Source: a virus
Taxonomy: Duplodnaviria > Caudoviricetes
DNA length: 64,000 nt
Strand: one strand, 5' to 3'
Virus record (IMG/VR): IMGVR_UViG_3300020360_000085
Coordinates: 160,001 to 224,000 of that record
Positions 9,673 through 19,629 of this stretch are shown here, piece after piece. The notes below the pieces were generated by a model. That model was not told where the DNA came from and searched no databases. It saw only the letters and a list, made by a program, of their open reading frames with translations. The translations under genes and the position numbers were made by a program. Every line of letters starts with the position of its first letter. The stretch's first letter is position 1.

Positions 9673-11004
9673 ATGGCAGAACCTAGATATTGTAGTTTAT
9701 TATGGTCACATCTGAGCAATGAACCATTAGGGCATGTAAGAACATGTTGTATTGCTAAAGAGCGAGTAAAAGACGACAATGGTGAAGATTTTACACTAGG
9801 TTCTACGTCAGTTAGAGATATTTTTCATAGCAACTACTACAAAAAGATAAGGCAAGAAATTAGAGAAGGTAAATTACCAGATAATTGTGAGCCTTGTTGG
9901 CGAGAAGAAGATAACGGAAAAAGATCCAAAAGACAAATTTACAATGAATATTCCTCTTGGAGACTTGATCCTATAGATTATTCTATAGAGCCAGACATGC
10001 CTCAAGATATGCAACTTATTTTAAGTACAACGTGTAATTTAAAATGCAGAAGTTGTAATCCAAATTACAGTAGTAAATGGGTAAAAGAAGCAGATGCAAG
10101 AGGACTTCCATATTTTAAGGAAATGGTACAAGTACCTATGGGAGATCAGGAACGGTCTAAATTTTGGACTCAAATGGACGATTGGATTCCGCACATAAAA
10201 AATTTAGAGATTATGGGCGGAGAACCATTGTACATGAAAGAGTTTAAGGATTTTGCAGGTAAACTGATCGATAGAAATTTAGCAAAAGATATTGAAATTA
10301 ATTTTAGTACAAATGGAACACAGGCAGGAGGAGAATTTTTAGATAGTATTGTTGAAAATTTTAAAAATGTTTCTTTTAATGTTAGTATAGATGGTATAGG
10401 AAAAAGATTTGAATATTTGAGATTTCCAGGTAAATGGGACAAAGTAGAACAAAATTTAGATAAGATACACAAATGGAGAGAAGAAGGAAAAATTCATGTG
10501 GGTGTAACCAATACAGTAACAATATTAAACTTAATGTATTTGTTAGAATTTCATGTAGAGTTCGCGAAGCGATGGCCTTTATTTGATATCTTTCATAATA
10601 TAGCAAATTTACCAAGTTGGTTTAATCCTAATGTTTTGCCTGATCACATGAAAGAAAAATCTGTTGAAAGTTTACAACGTGGATTAAGAGAAAATAAATT
10701 TCCTACTGAATTACTAGGAGATATAAAAGGTATAATAAAACATGCAACTGCTTTACAAAAAGATGTAATAAGACCTTATGGCTCTTTAGAAGAAGGGCAT
10801 ACTATAGAAGGAGAGATTGCAGTACGTTGGAATATGTTTAGAAAACAAGTTGTTGCAGGAGACGAATACAGAAAAGAAGATTTTAGACAAGTTTTTCCTG
10901 AATTATGGGAAATTGTAAAAGAAGATTTTAATTATGATTTACTATACTCTAGGGCACAAAAAGACCCTATGTATAGTTCAATAGAAAAAGGAACATTTAT
11001 ATAA
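9673..11004 (+). CDS. radical SAM protein with N-terminal SPASM/twitch-like domain (#4)
   Basis: CNLKCRSC and IMGGEP; N-terminal C..LW...TCC...CEPCW. Confidence 0.9.
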   Translation: MAEPRYCSLLWSHLSNEPLGHVRTCCIAKERVKDDNGEDFTLGSTSVRDIFHSNYYKKIRQEIREGKLPDNCEPCWREEDNGKRSKRQIYNEYSSWRLDPIDYSIEPDMPQDMQLILSTTCNLKCRSCNPNYSSKWVKEADARGLPYFKEMVQVPMGDQERSKFWTQMDDWIPHIKNLEIMGGEPLYMKEFKDFAGKLIDRNLAKDIEINFSTNGTQAGGEFLDSIVENFKNVSFNVSIDGIGKRFEYLRFPGKWDKVEQNLDKIHKWREEGKIHVGVTNTVTILNLMYLLEFHVEFAKRWPLFDIFHNIANLPSWFNPNVLPDHMKEKSVESLQRGLRENKFPTELLGDIKGIIKHATALQKDVIRPYGSLEEGHTIEGEIAVRWNMFRKQVVAGDEYRKEDFRQVFPELWEIVKEDFNYDLLYSRAQKDPMYSSIEKGTFI

Positions 11005-12251
11005 TGGGTGCTTATGACGACAAATTTTGTCCATTACCTTGGATACATCTAGGTACGCACCCTCACGGCGGTGTTACCCCTTGTTGCATATCAGATATGA
11101 CAGCAGGAAAAAATAGAGCAAGAAATTATGGTAAAGAACAGGATCAGTTCTTTAATTTAAATGATAACACTATAGCCGAACATATGAATAGTGATTATTT
11201 TAAACAAATTAGATTGGAGATGTTAAATGATGTGGAGCCTAAAGCATGTAGCAGATGCTACGAGGAAGAAAGAAAAGGAATTGAGAGCAAACGTATCCAC
11301 GAGTCCAAGGTTTATAAGAACATTGACCCCGATTACGCATCCAGACTTACAAGTAAGGATGGTAGCATACCTTTGGACCTTCGTTTTGTTGAGTTGCGTC
11401 TTGGCAATGTATGTAATGTCCGTTGTCGTACTTGTAATCCAGCAAGTAGTTCAAGGTGGGTTAAGGATTATAAAGAAATTGTGGATTCCCTGGACTTCGT
11501 AAATGATGGATACAGTTGGTTAGATCATAAACACGATTTTCAATGGCCTGAAGACGATGAATTTTATAGAGATTTATTTAATTGTGCACCTAATTTAGAG
11601 GTACTTTATATAAATGGTGGAGAGCCTACACTTATTAAAGCACATTGGAAGTTTTTAGAAAGGCTAGTTGAAAGTGGACGTAGTAAAAATATAATATTAT
11701 GGTATAATATTAATATGACACAAGTTCCAGACAAAGCGATTCCTTTATGGAAAGAATTTAAAGAAGCCAGAGTATGTCCTAGTATTGACGACTTGGATTA
11801 CAGAAATAAATTTATCAGATACCCTACAGAATGGTCAGATGTAGAGCAAAATTTAGAAAAAATTATGCAGGTACCTGAACTTACTGTAAGAATTACTCAA
11901 ACAGTAAGTGCATACAGTTATATCTATTTAGACGAATTTTTAAACTGGGCACCAGTGCCTGTAGATATGAACTTTGTATATGACCCTGATTACCTATCGC
12001 CTGGAATATTACCTCCTGTCGTGAGACACGAGGCCCATGCCAAGTTTAGAAAAACGATGGGTAACAGACATGAACTTGGAACATTGTTAAGCATGTATAA
12101 TGACGATAATTGGGACGAAGTTAAATGGGAACACTTTTGTCGGTACAATGACGAGTTAGACAGAATACGCCAACACGAACAAGGTTGGAGGGAAGTTTTC
12201 CCAGAATTAATAGAAATATTGGATAAACATGGAATACAGCACAAATATTAG
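11004..12251 (+). CDS. radical SAM protein with N-terminal SPASM/twitch-like domain (#5)
   Basis: CNVRCRTC and INGGEP; N-terminal CPLPW...PCC...CSRCY. Confidence 0.9.
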   Translation: MGAYDDKFCPLPWIHLGTHPHGGVTPCCISDMTAGKNRARNYGKEQDQFFNLNDNTIAEHMNSDYFKQIRLEMLNDVEPKACSRCYEEERKGIESKRIHESKVYKNIDPDYASRLTSKDGSIPLDLRFVELRLGNVCNVRCRTCNPASSSRWVKDYKEIVDSLDFVNDGYSWLDHKHDFQWPEDDEFYRDLFNCAPNLEVLYINGGEPTLIKAHWKFLERLVESGRSKNIILWYNINMTQVPDKAIPLWKEFKEARVCPSIDDLDYRNKFIRYPTEWSDVEQNLEKIMQVPELTVRITQTVSAYSYIYLDEFLNWAPVPVDMNFVYDPDYLSPGILPPVVRHEAHAKFRKTMGNRHELGTLLSMYNDDNWDEVKWEHFCRYNDELDRIRQHEQGWREVFPELIEILDKHGIQHKY

Positions 12252-13365
12252 TAAAACTAAAAATAATTTAGACGTTGTACATGCAAATCCTGATGGGTAT
12301 AGTGATATTTTAGATAGTGTAAAAAATGATAGTTTTACAAATATAATTGATTACACAGAAATAAGTAGTGCAAATATAACTAACTTTACTAAAAGTGCAT
12401 TAGAAAAAATGCCTAAAAAAGAATGCATTATATTAATACATTTGACAGAAGCATTTAGTAGTGTTTATTGGAATATAGTATTTGAAATTGTAAAAAGTTA
12501 TGGTGTTAAAAAAATTATTTGGATAGACGGAGGACTTACTCCAGGATATTTGTATAGGCATTTAAATGATATAACAATTTCACATAAACCTTCATATTAT
12601 TTTTTTACTAGATTGCTAGAAGAAAAAAATAATTTATATAATAAAAATTTAGTTTATAAGGATAAAAAATATTACTATGTAAGTTTAGGAAGATTAACAA
12701 GACAAGAAAGAGTTTATTTAACAAATAAAATTATAGAGGATACAGACTTAAAAAATAAAGGAATTATAAGTTGTGGATGGGGCAACAATGAGGAAAATAC
12801 TATATGGAAAAATAGTTATCATTTACAATGTGCAGAGGATTTAATAGGCAATACTGTAGGGAAATTTCCTATTAGTTTAGGAGATATAGATTCAGAGCAA
12901 TACGATATTTTACATGATTTTGATTTAGCAGTATTTAACATTGTACAAGAATCATCAGTAGGATTTAACAGTATAAGTCATAATACAACTTATTCTGAAA
13001 ATCCTTATTGGAGTTCTATAGATAGTGATAGACATTTTTTTACAGAAAAATCTGCAAAGGCATTTTTAATGGGACAGATACCATTATTTTTAGCAACTCC
13101 TGGATATGTGCAACAATTAAGAAAACTAGGATTTGATGTATTTGATGACATTGTAGATCATGATTATGATAAAGAAGATTATGTAATTAAAAGGTGTAAT
13201 GAAGTTTATAAAGAATTAAAACGTATTAGTTTACAAGATCTAAAACACTTAGATTACAAAGTTAAAACTTATTGCTACCAGAGATTACAAAATAATATAG
13301 ACAATTTAATAAAATTAGGTAATAAAGAAAATTTAATAGAATGGATAAACAACCAGATAGCATAG
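12229..13365 (+). CDS. putative GT-B/GT10-like glycosyltransferase-family phage protein
   Basis: C-terminal FNIVQES...FFTEKSAKAF..GQIPLFLATPG...LRKLGFDVFDDIVDHDYD, similar to the GT10 TEK motif; paralogue at 47282-48580. Confidence 0.45.
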   Translation: MEYSTNISKTKNNLDVVHANPDGYSDILDSVKNDSFTNIIDYTEISSANITNFTKSALEKMPKKECIILIHLTEAFSSVYWNIVFEIVKSYGVKKIIWIDGGLTPGYLYRHLNDITISHKPSYYFFTRLLEEKNNLYNKNLVYKDKKYYYVSLGRLTRQERVYLTNKIIEDTDLKNKGIISCGWGNNEENTIWKNSYHLQCAEDLIGNTVGKFPISLGDIDSEQYDILHDFDLAVFNIVQESSVGFNSISHNTTYSENPYWSSIDSDRHFFTEKSAKAFLMGQIPLFLATPGYVQQLRKLGFDVFDDIVDHDYDKEDYVIKRCNEVYKELKRISLQDLKHLDYKVKTYCYQRLQNNIDNLIKLGNKENLIEWINNQIA

Positions 13366-14576
13366 ACTTTAACGAAGTTAAAGACAACGATGTAATGTGT
13401 ATCCTACCATGGATTCATATGCACCCTTGGCCTAACGGAAAAACAATGTTATGTTGTGACTCTCCTTGGGAGTCGCATATTGGTGATTTAAGAGAAAATA
13501 GTTTACAAGAAGTATGGAATAGCGAAGACATGAAACAGGTACGTCTTAAAATGCTACAAGGTAAAAAATGTAAACAATGTGTACGTTGTTACGAAAAAGA
13601 AAAATATGGACATGACAGTTTAAGAGTAAGAAGTAATAAAGACTGGTTAGAAAAGCATTGGGACAAAGTAACAAAAACTAATCCAGATGGCAGTCTAGAT
13701 GATTTACATATTGTGTATTTAGATTTTCGCTTTAGTAATGTTTGTAATTTACGTTGTAGATACTGTGGTCCAGAATTAAGTAGTAATTGGTTTAAAGATG
13801 CTGTAAAAAGTTCTTGGAATATTACACCTACAGAGCAAGTAATACAGATTAGAAATGATGTTGATGGATTTATGGGAGAGTTTGAGCCTATGTTAGAACA
13901 CATAGAGCAAATTTATTGGGCAGGTGGAGAACCAATTATAATGGACGAACATTGGGCCATAATGAATAAACTTGTAGAAATGGGTAAAACCGATATACGA
14001 ATATTTTACAATACAAACTTTACAAAATTAAAATATAAAAAATTTAATGTTCTCGACTTATGGAAAAACTTTGATCATATTAGTATAGGTGCTAGTTTAG
14101 ATGCCGAGGGAGCCAGAGGAGAGTATCAACGTAAAGGAACTAAATGGGCAGATGTAATTAGTAACATTGAACAATTAAGAGAACAAGCACCTGAAATAGA
14201 TTTTTATATTAGTGCAACAGTAAGTGCCTATAATGCCTGGCATATTACAGACTTCCATAGAAATTGGGTTAAGAAAGGTTATATAAAACCAGGAGACTGG
14301 TATATGAATGTACTTTTAAATAATCCACGTTTTAGAATGAGTGTTTTACCTAAAGAATTTAAACAAGAGATTAAATACAAGTGGGAAAAACATTTAAAAT
14401 GGTTAGAGCCACAGGATCATATAGGCAGAGCAACTGAAGGTTACAAGAGTGCTATAAAATTTTTAGATGATGATCATACAGAACTGTGGCAAGAGTTTAA
14501 AGATTTCAATATAGAATTTGATAAACTAAGGGAGGAAAACTTTGAGGAAGTATATCCAGAGTTAGCAAAATTATGA
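13341..14576 (+). CDS. radical SAM protein with N-terminal SPASM/twitch-like domain (#6)
   Basis: CNLRCRYC and WAGGEP; N-terminal CILPW...LCC...CVRCY. Confidence 0.9.
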   Translation: MDKQPDSIDFNEVKDNDVMCILPWIHMHPWPNGKTMLCCDSPWESHIGDLRENSLQEVWNSEDMKQVRLKMLQGKKCKQCVRCYEKEKYGHDSLRVRSNKDWLEKHWDKVTKTNPDGSLDDLHIVYLDFRFSNVCNLRCRYCGPELSSNWFKDAVKSSWNITPTEQVIQIRNDVDGFMGEFEPMLEHIEQIYWAGGEPIIMDEHWAIMNKLVEMGKTDIRIFYNTNFTKLKYKKFNVLDLWKNFDHISIGASLDAEGARGEYQRKGTKWADVISNIEQLREQAPEIDFYISATVSAYNAWHITDFHRNWVKKGYIKPGDWYMNVLLNNPRFRMSVLPKEFKQEIKYKWEKHLKWLEPQDHIGRATEGYKSAIKFLDDDHTELWQEFKDFNIEFDKLREENFEEVYPELAKL

Positions 14577-15766
14577 GTAAACATTTTTGTCCAATGCCGT
14601 TTGTAAACTTAGAAGCCAGAACTGATGGCTCTATGTCTATATGCTGTCAAATGGACGAACTAATTAATGATAATGGTAAAAATTTATCACTTACAGAAGA
14701 TGTTTTAACAGACGGCTGGAATAGTAATTGGTTAGCAAACTTAAGAAAAGATTTTTTAGATGGTAAAAAACCTAAGTCTTGTTACAGTTGCTGGACGGCC
14801 GAAGATGCAGGAATAGATAGTAAAAGACAAAGAGCATTAAGGGATTTTCCTAATGCTTTAGAAGAAGCATTAAATAAAAAAGAAAATATAAAGCCTAAAT
14901 CCATGGATTTAAAGTTAGGTAATGTATGCAATAACAAATGTAGAATTTGTAATAGTTTTGCTAGTAGTTTATGGGTACCAGAAGAAAAGAAACGAGATGG
15001 TACAAACAATTTGTTTTGGGATAGGATGAGAGTTGTAGGAAGATGGCCTGAAACAAATGAAGAATTTTGGCACGATTTTGAAGATCTTAGTGATGATTTA
15101 GAAGTTTTAGAATTTTATGGTGGCGAACCTTTATTAATAAAAAGACATTATGACATATTACAAGACTTAGTAGATTCTGGAAAAAGTAAAGATATAAAAT
15201 TACTTTATAACACAAACGGATCAATATATCCTGAAAGAGGCTTAGAACTTTGGCCGCATTTTAAAAAGGTAATGTTAAGTTGGAGTTTCGATGGTGTAGG
15301 CTCTCAATTCGAATATATTAGGCATCCTGCAAAATGGGATCAAGTACAACAAAATTTACAAAAAGTAATAGATAAAAATATTCCCAATATATATTTAGAT
15401 ATTTGTTATACTGTAGGTATATTTAATATATACTATATGGAAGAAATATTGAATTGGAGAGACAGTTTCAAAAGTGATTTGCCAATTTATTTTAATCATG
15501 TTTACACACCAGAACATTTTAGTTGTAAAGTATTACCAGAAGCAGTTAAACAAAAAGTTGTAGAAAAATATAAAGATAGTACACATCCAGATATTATTAG
15601 TTCTGTAAAATATTGTACAGATGTAAATTATGATATAGAAAAGATGAATATGTTTTACAGTCAAGTTAAATATAGTGATGATTTTAGAGGTGAAAGTTTT
15701 GCAAAAACATTTCCTGAATTTTACGAATTATTAAAAAATTATGCAAATGCACCAGAGGATTTTTAA
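14573..15766 (+). CDS. radical SAM protein with N-terminal SPASM/twitch-like domain (#7)
   Basis: CNNKCRIC and FYGGEP; N-terminal CPMPF...ICC...CYSCW. Confidence 0.9.
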   Translation: MSKHFCPMPFVNLEARTDGSMSICCQMDELINDNGKNLSLTEDVLTDGWNSNWLANLRKDFLDGKKPKSCYSCWTAEDAGIDSKRQRALRDFPNALEEALNKKENIKPKSMDLKLGNVCNNKCRICNSFASSLWVPEEKKRDGTNNLFWDRMRVVGRWPETNEEFWHDFEDLSDDLEVLEFYGGEPLLIKRHYDILQDLVDSGKSKDIKLLYNTNGSIYPERGLELWPHFKKVMLSWSFDGVGSQFEYIRHPAKWDQVQQNLQKVIDKNIPNIYLDICYTVGIFNIYYMEEILNWRDSFKSDLPIYFNHVYTPEHFSCKVLPEAVKQKVVEKYKDSTHPDIISSVKYCTDVNYDIEKMNMFYSQVKYSDDFRGESFAKTFPEFYELLKNYANAPEDF

Positions 15767-17076
15767 TGTCTAAGGAATACAGTAAAACATTTTGTCCGTA
15801 TCCTTGGATACATGTAATGACACAACCAACTGGTACTATTAGTTGGTGTTGTGTTGCACGAGATAATTTTAAAGACGACCATGGTAAAATGGTAGATCTA
15901 AATCAAGGACATAAAATAGAGGATGTCTGGAATAGCAATCATATGCGTAAAATCCGCCAAGAAATGATCGAGGGAACAGTGGTAAAAGGTTGTGAGCATT
16001 GTTATGATTTAGAAGATATGGGTTTCCCTAGTTATAGAACAAACTATATTAGGGATTGGTTTGAATACAGTGGAAAAGGAGAAGAAATCCATGAACGTAT
16101 AGAACGAAGTATAAGCAATAACTTTAGAGTAGAAGAACCCCCAATGTACTTGGATTTTAGGTTAGGCAATATGTGTAACCTGAAGTGTAGAATGTGCCAA
16201 CCCCAAAATTCAAGTCAAATACAGAAGGAATATAAAAAAATAGAAACGGCTGACCCAAGTGCAGGAAAGTTCATTAAGGACAACTTCACTTGGGGACAGT
16301 TTGCAGATCATATAACACCATGGCAAGATGATCCTGAGTTTCTAAGACAAGTGGAAGAATGGTTACCAGGTGTAAACAAACTTTATTTTACTGGCGGAGA
16401 GCCAACTATTATAGAACGTGTTTATTGGATTATGGAAAAATGCGTAGAAATGGGCATAGCAAAAGATATAGAGTTAGTGTTTAACAGCAACATGACCAAC
16501 ATTCAGAAACGTTTTCTGGACTTGGTAGAGCAGTTTAAAAATGTATTAATGTGCATAAGTGTAGATGCTTATGGACATGAAAACGAATATATTAGAGGTG
16601 CAAGTCATTGGAGTAGAGTTGAGAAAAATTTAAGAACATATTGTGCTAGTGATGTTGTTGGAACTGTACTGTTTAGTCCTGTAATACAAATTTATAATGT
16701 ATTAACAATTACAAAACTACTGGACTTTTGTGAGGAATTAGAATTAGAATATGGAAGAGAAGTATTTGTAACATTTTTAATTTGTGACTACCCTACAAGT
16801 TTAGATTTTAGAAATTGTCCAGAGCAAGTACGTGAAGTTGCCGCAGGTAGACTAGAAATGTGGCTCAAGCAAAGTAAAATTTTAGCAAATAGACCTGAAA
16901 ATGTGCAATCCATAAATGCAACAATAAAGGCACTTAAAGAAAACCGTAAAGAAAATTGGCGACAGGAACTAATCACATTCCAAAAATATACAGAAATGTT
17001 AGATAAGCAAAGAAGTGAAAGTATGCAAGAAGCACTTCCAGAATTATATAATCTAATGTATAACAGTAACAGATAA
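15766..17076 (+). CDS. radical SAM protein with N-terminal SPASM/twitch-like domain (#8)
   Basis: CNLKCRMC and FTGGEP; N-terminal CPYPW...WCC...CEHCY. Confidence 0.9.
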   Translation: MSKEYSKTFCPYPWIHVMTQPTGTISWCCVARDNFKDDHGKMVDLNQGHKIEDVWNSNHMRKIRQEMIEGTVVKGCEHCYDLEDMGFPSYRTNYIRDWFEYSGKGEEIHERIERSISNNFRVEEPPMYLDFRLGNMCNLKCRMCQPQNSSQIQKEYKKIETADPSAGKFIKDNFTWGQFADHITPWQDDPEFLRQVEEWLPGVNKLYFTGGEPTIIERVYWIMEKCVEMGIAKDIELVFNSNMTNIQKRFLDLVEQFKNVLMCISVDAYGHENEYIRGASHWSRVEKNLRTYCASDVVGTVLFSPVIQIYNVLTITKLLDFCEELELEYGREVFVTFLICDYPTSLDFRNCPEQVREVAAGRLEMWLKQSKILANRPENVQSINATIKALKENRKENWRQELITFQKYTEMLDKQRSESMQEALPELYNLMYNSNR

Positions 17077-17112
17077 TTACCAAATAAGTGCTGTAAAATA
17101 AAGCATCTTAAG

Positions 17113-17118
17113 TAAATA
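17113..17118 (+). promoter_or_regulatory. putative late promoter (TAAATA)
   Basis: agTAAATAttgttATG, 5 nt before the start at 17124, implying a nearly leaderless transcript. Confidence 0.4.
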
Positions 17119-17123
17119 TTGTT

Positions 17124-17717
17124 ATGTCAGAGCCTATTGTAATAGACAATTTTTTACCTAAAAATGTTTTAGAAAAGATTGATCATTTTTACAAAACTGC
17201 ATCATTAAAATTATCTATGGGAGAAATAGATGATACACCTACTTTTTTACAATGTTCTATAGGTGTTGAGGAACTTCTAGGTGTATTTGAGTTAGATACT
17301 TATATAGAAAAACATTTAAATAATACATATAAAAATTGTACATTTAAAAATTTAGAAAGATTTTATATCAATATACTTACTAATGCAGAAAAAAATAAAA
17401 TGGTAGGGCATAGGGACATAAATGAGAGCGATTTAACAGAAGATGATTTTTATTTAATTAGTATAATTTTTTTAAATCCAGAAGGAAATAAAGATACAGG
17501 TATTTACATTAACGAAAATTATTATGAGGACGTTTATAACAGAATGATTTTATTTGATGGTACAAATTGGCATAAAGCGGTTGCTCCACAGGACGACTAT
17601 GTAAGAATTACATTTTATGCAAATTTTTCAAATCGTATATCTAAAAATAATGTATTTAGACAATTAAAAAATGCAGATGCATGTTCAAAATATTTTAAAA
17701 ATGTTTATAGGAAATAA
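17124..17717 (+). CDS. 2OG-Fe(II) oxygenase superfamily protein
   Basis: HxD (GHRD), distal His in NRMILFDGTNWHKA, and Arg in RITF. Confidence 0.7.
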   Translation: MSEPIVIDNFLPKNVLEKIDHFYKTASLKLSMGEIDDTPTFLQCSIGVEELLGVFELDTYIEKHLNNTYKNCTFKNLERFYINILTNAEKNKMVGHRDINESDLTEDDFYLISIIFLNPEGNKDTGIYINENYYEDVYNRMILFDGTNWHKAVAPQDDYVRITFYANFSNRISKNNVFRQLKNADACSKYFKNVYRK

Positions 17718-17718
17718 G

Positions 17719-17904
17719 ATGGAAGAGAGAAATCAGAAACATAAACAACAAGATTTAACAGAACTTAATAGTGATGGTAATCGAGAAAGAGGTAGAGAAG
17801 GTGAAGACTTATCTAATGAAATACAACTTACAAAAGAAGAAGAAGAGCAGTTGAAAAAGAAATTAGAAAAATTAAGACAGCAAGATCCTTTTATATATAG
17901 ATGA
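17719..17904 (+). CDS. small charged hypothetical protein
   Basis: ATG at 17719 directly after the upstream stop; Glu/Lys-rich; ends DPFIYR with an ATGA overlap into the next gene. Confidence 0.6.
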   Translation: MEERNQKHKQQDLTELNSDGNRERGREGEDLSNEIQLTKEEEEQLKKKLEKLRQQDPFIYR

Positions 17905-19415
17905 GAATTTTAGGATTAAGTTTTGGTTTTCATGATGCAGGTGCTTGTATGCTTGACTTTAAAAACATAGAGTTTGCAAGTCATTCAGAAAGATATACCA
18001 AAGTAAAAAACGATCCATGGATAAATCATGACCTAATAGATGCGGCAATAGAAAATGGAAAGCCTGATATAATAGTTTTACACGAAAAAGCATGGGCAAA
18101 AAGAATTCGTAATTTACTAAATGCAAATTTTAGAGCCCTAAGAGAACCAACTCAAAGACAATGGATTAAAAAATTTTATCCCCAACTGAAAGATATACCT
18201 ATAAAAGATTATTGGCATCATGAAACACATGCGGCCGCAGGTGTATTAAGTAGTAATTTTGATGAGTGTGCTGTAATGGTAATAGATGCTATTGGAGAAT
18301 TTAATACAGCAACAATTTGGCAATGGAAAGATGGTAATTTAAAAAAATTACATAGTGTAAATTTTCCAAGCAGTTTAGGTTTATTTTATAGTGCTGTAAC
18401 AAGTCATGTAGGTCTTAAACCTATGGAAGACGAATATATTTTAATGGGAATGGCCGCATATGGTAAAACAGAAAACTGGAAACCATTATCAAGAAAAATG
18501 GGTAAGAAATTTTTTAAATTTAAACATCCATGGATAAGTCATAGGCAAACAATAGACGGAATTTATAATTTACAAAGAGGACTACCTAAAAACAGTTTTG
18601 TAGGTGTTGATGAATTTGATATGGCCGCGGCCGCACAAAATCAAGTTGAACAAAGGGTAAAAGCATTTGCTCAACATGCCAAAGAAATTACGGGTAGTAA
18701 TAATTTAGTTTACATGGGAGGAGTAGCACTTAATTGTGTAGCCAATAGTAAACTATTTGATATTTTTAAAAATATTTTTATAATGCCTAACCCAGGAGAT
18801 TGTGGGAGCAGTTTAGGTGCGGCCGCACTTGAACTTTACAATCAAACTGGAGAAAAAATAAATTGGAAAACGCCTTACACAGGATACAATATACCTGGAA
18901 AATATCCAATTAAAAAGGCATTAGCAAGTTTAAAGGCGGGGGAACTATTTGGTATAGCAAATGGCAAAGCGGAATTTGGGCCACGTGCATTAGGCAATAG
19001 AAGTTTATGTGCAGATCCTAGAGGACCAGACGTTAAGGATAAAATGAATGTAATTAAAAAACGTCAAAAGTTTAGACCATTCGCACCAATGATATTGGAA
19101 GAACATGTGCATGATTATTTTGAAATGCCAGGTGGCATTACTCATGCACCGTATATGCAATTTGTTGCAAAGTGCAAAAATCCAGAAGAGTTTCCTGCTA
19201 TAATACATGAAGACGGTACAAGCCGTGTTCAAACAGTTCGCAAGGAAGAACATCCTGATTTACACGATCTGCTATCAAAATTTTACAAACAGACAGGTTG
19301 CCCTATGTTACTTAATACAAGTTTAAACATTAAAGGACAGCCAATTGTAAATGATGAAAAAGACGCAGAAGCCTTTGCTCAACATTATGGAGTAAAGGTA
19401 CATGTCAGAGATTGA
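17901..19415 (+). CDS. carbamoyltransferase (NodU/CmcH/TobZ family)
   Basis: ILGLSFGFHDAGA, HHETHAAA, SLGLFYS, EYILMGMAAYG, GGVALNCVAN, PGDCGSSLGAA, EFGPRALGNRS, FRPFAP, LLNTSLN. Confidence 0.93.
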   Translation: MRILGLSFGFHDAGACMLDFKNIEFASHSERYTKVKNDPWINHDLIDAAIENGKPDIIVLHEKAWAKRIRNLLNANFRALREPTQRQWIKKFYPQLKDIPIKDYWHHETHAAAGVLSSNFDECAVMVIDAIGEFNTATIWQWKDGNLKKLHSVNFPSSLGLFYSAVTSHVGLKPMEDEYILMGMAAYGKTENWKPLSRKMGKKFFKFKHPWISHRQTIDGIYNLQRGLPKNSFVGVDEFDMAAAAQNQVEQRVKAFAQHAKEITGSNNLVYMGGVALNCVANSKLFDIFKNIFIMPNPGDCGSSLGAAALELYNQTGEKINWKTPYTGYNIPGKYPIKKALASLKAGELFGIANGKAEFGPRALGNRSLCADPRGPDVKDKMNVIKKRQKFRPFAPMILEEHVHDYFEMPGGITHAPYMQFVAKCKNPEEFPAIIHEDGTSRVQTVRKEEHPDLHDLLSKFYKQTGCPMLLNTSLNIKGQPIVNDEKDAEAFAQHYGVKVHVRD

Positions 19416-19629
19416 TTGGCATAAAATACACAGCAAATTGCAAGGCACATGTACAACATGTGGAGGAGAGTTGCCTAACCATAAGGGTGTATGCCCTGTT
19501 GAAGGCCAGCAACTACTAGCAAGATTAGAACAGATTGACAATAGTGTAAAACATGTAGGCGATATTGCTGAAGACTTGATTAAAAGTTATAAAAAAATGA
19601 AAAGGTCATTTAAAAATAAAAATGTTTGA
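19402..19629 (+). CDS. small hypothetical protein with CxxC...HxxxC putative Zn site
   Basis: CTTCGGELPNHKGVCP followed by a coiled-coil-like segment; overlaps both neighbours. Confidence 0.55.
   Translation: MSEIDWHKIHSKLQGTCTTCGGELPNHKGVCPVEGQQLLARLEQIDNSVKHVGDIAEDLIKSYKKMKRSFKNKNV

Noticed and set aside
401-16976. Numerous short - strand ORFs within the + strand cluster
   Set aside because: Antisense to strongly supported genes; no RBS or motifs.
2631-17076. Specific labels such as MoaA, anSME, PqqE or viperin for the rSAM genes
   Set aside because: Domain order and context do not fit, and no partner genes are present; only the superfamily is supported.
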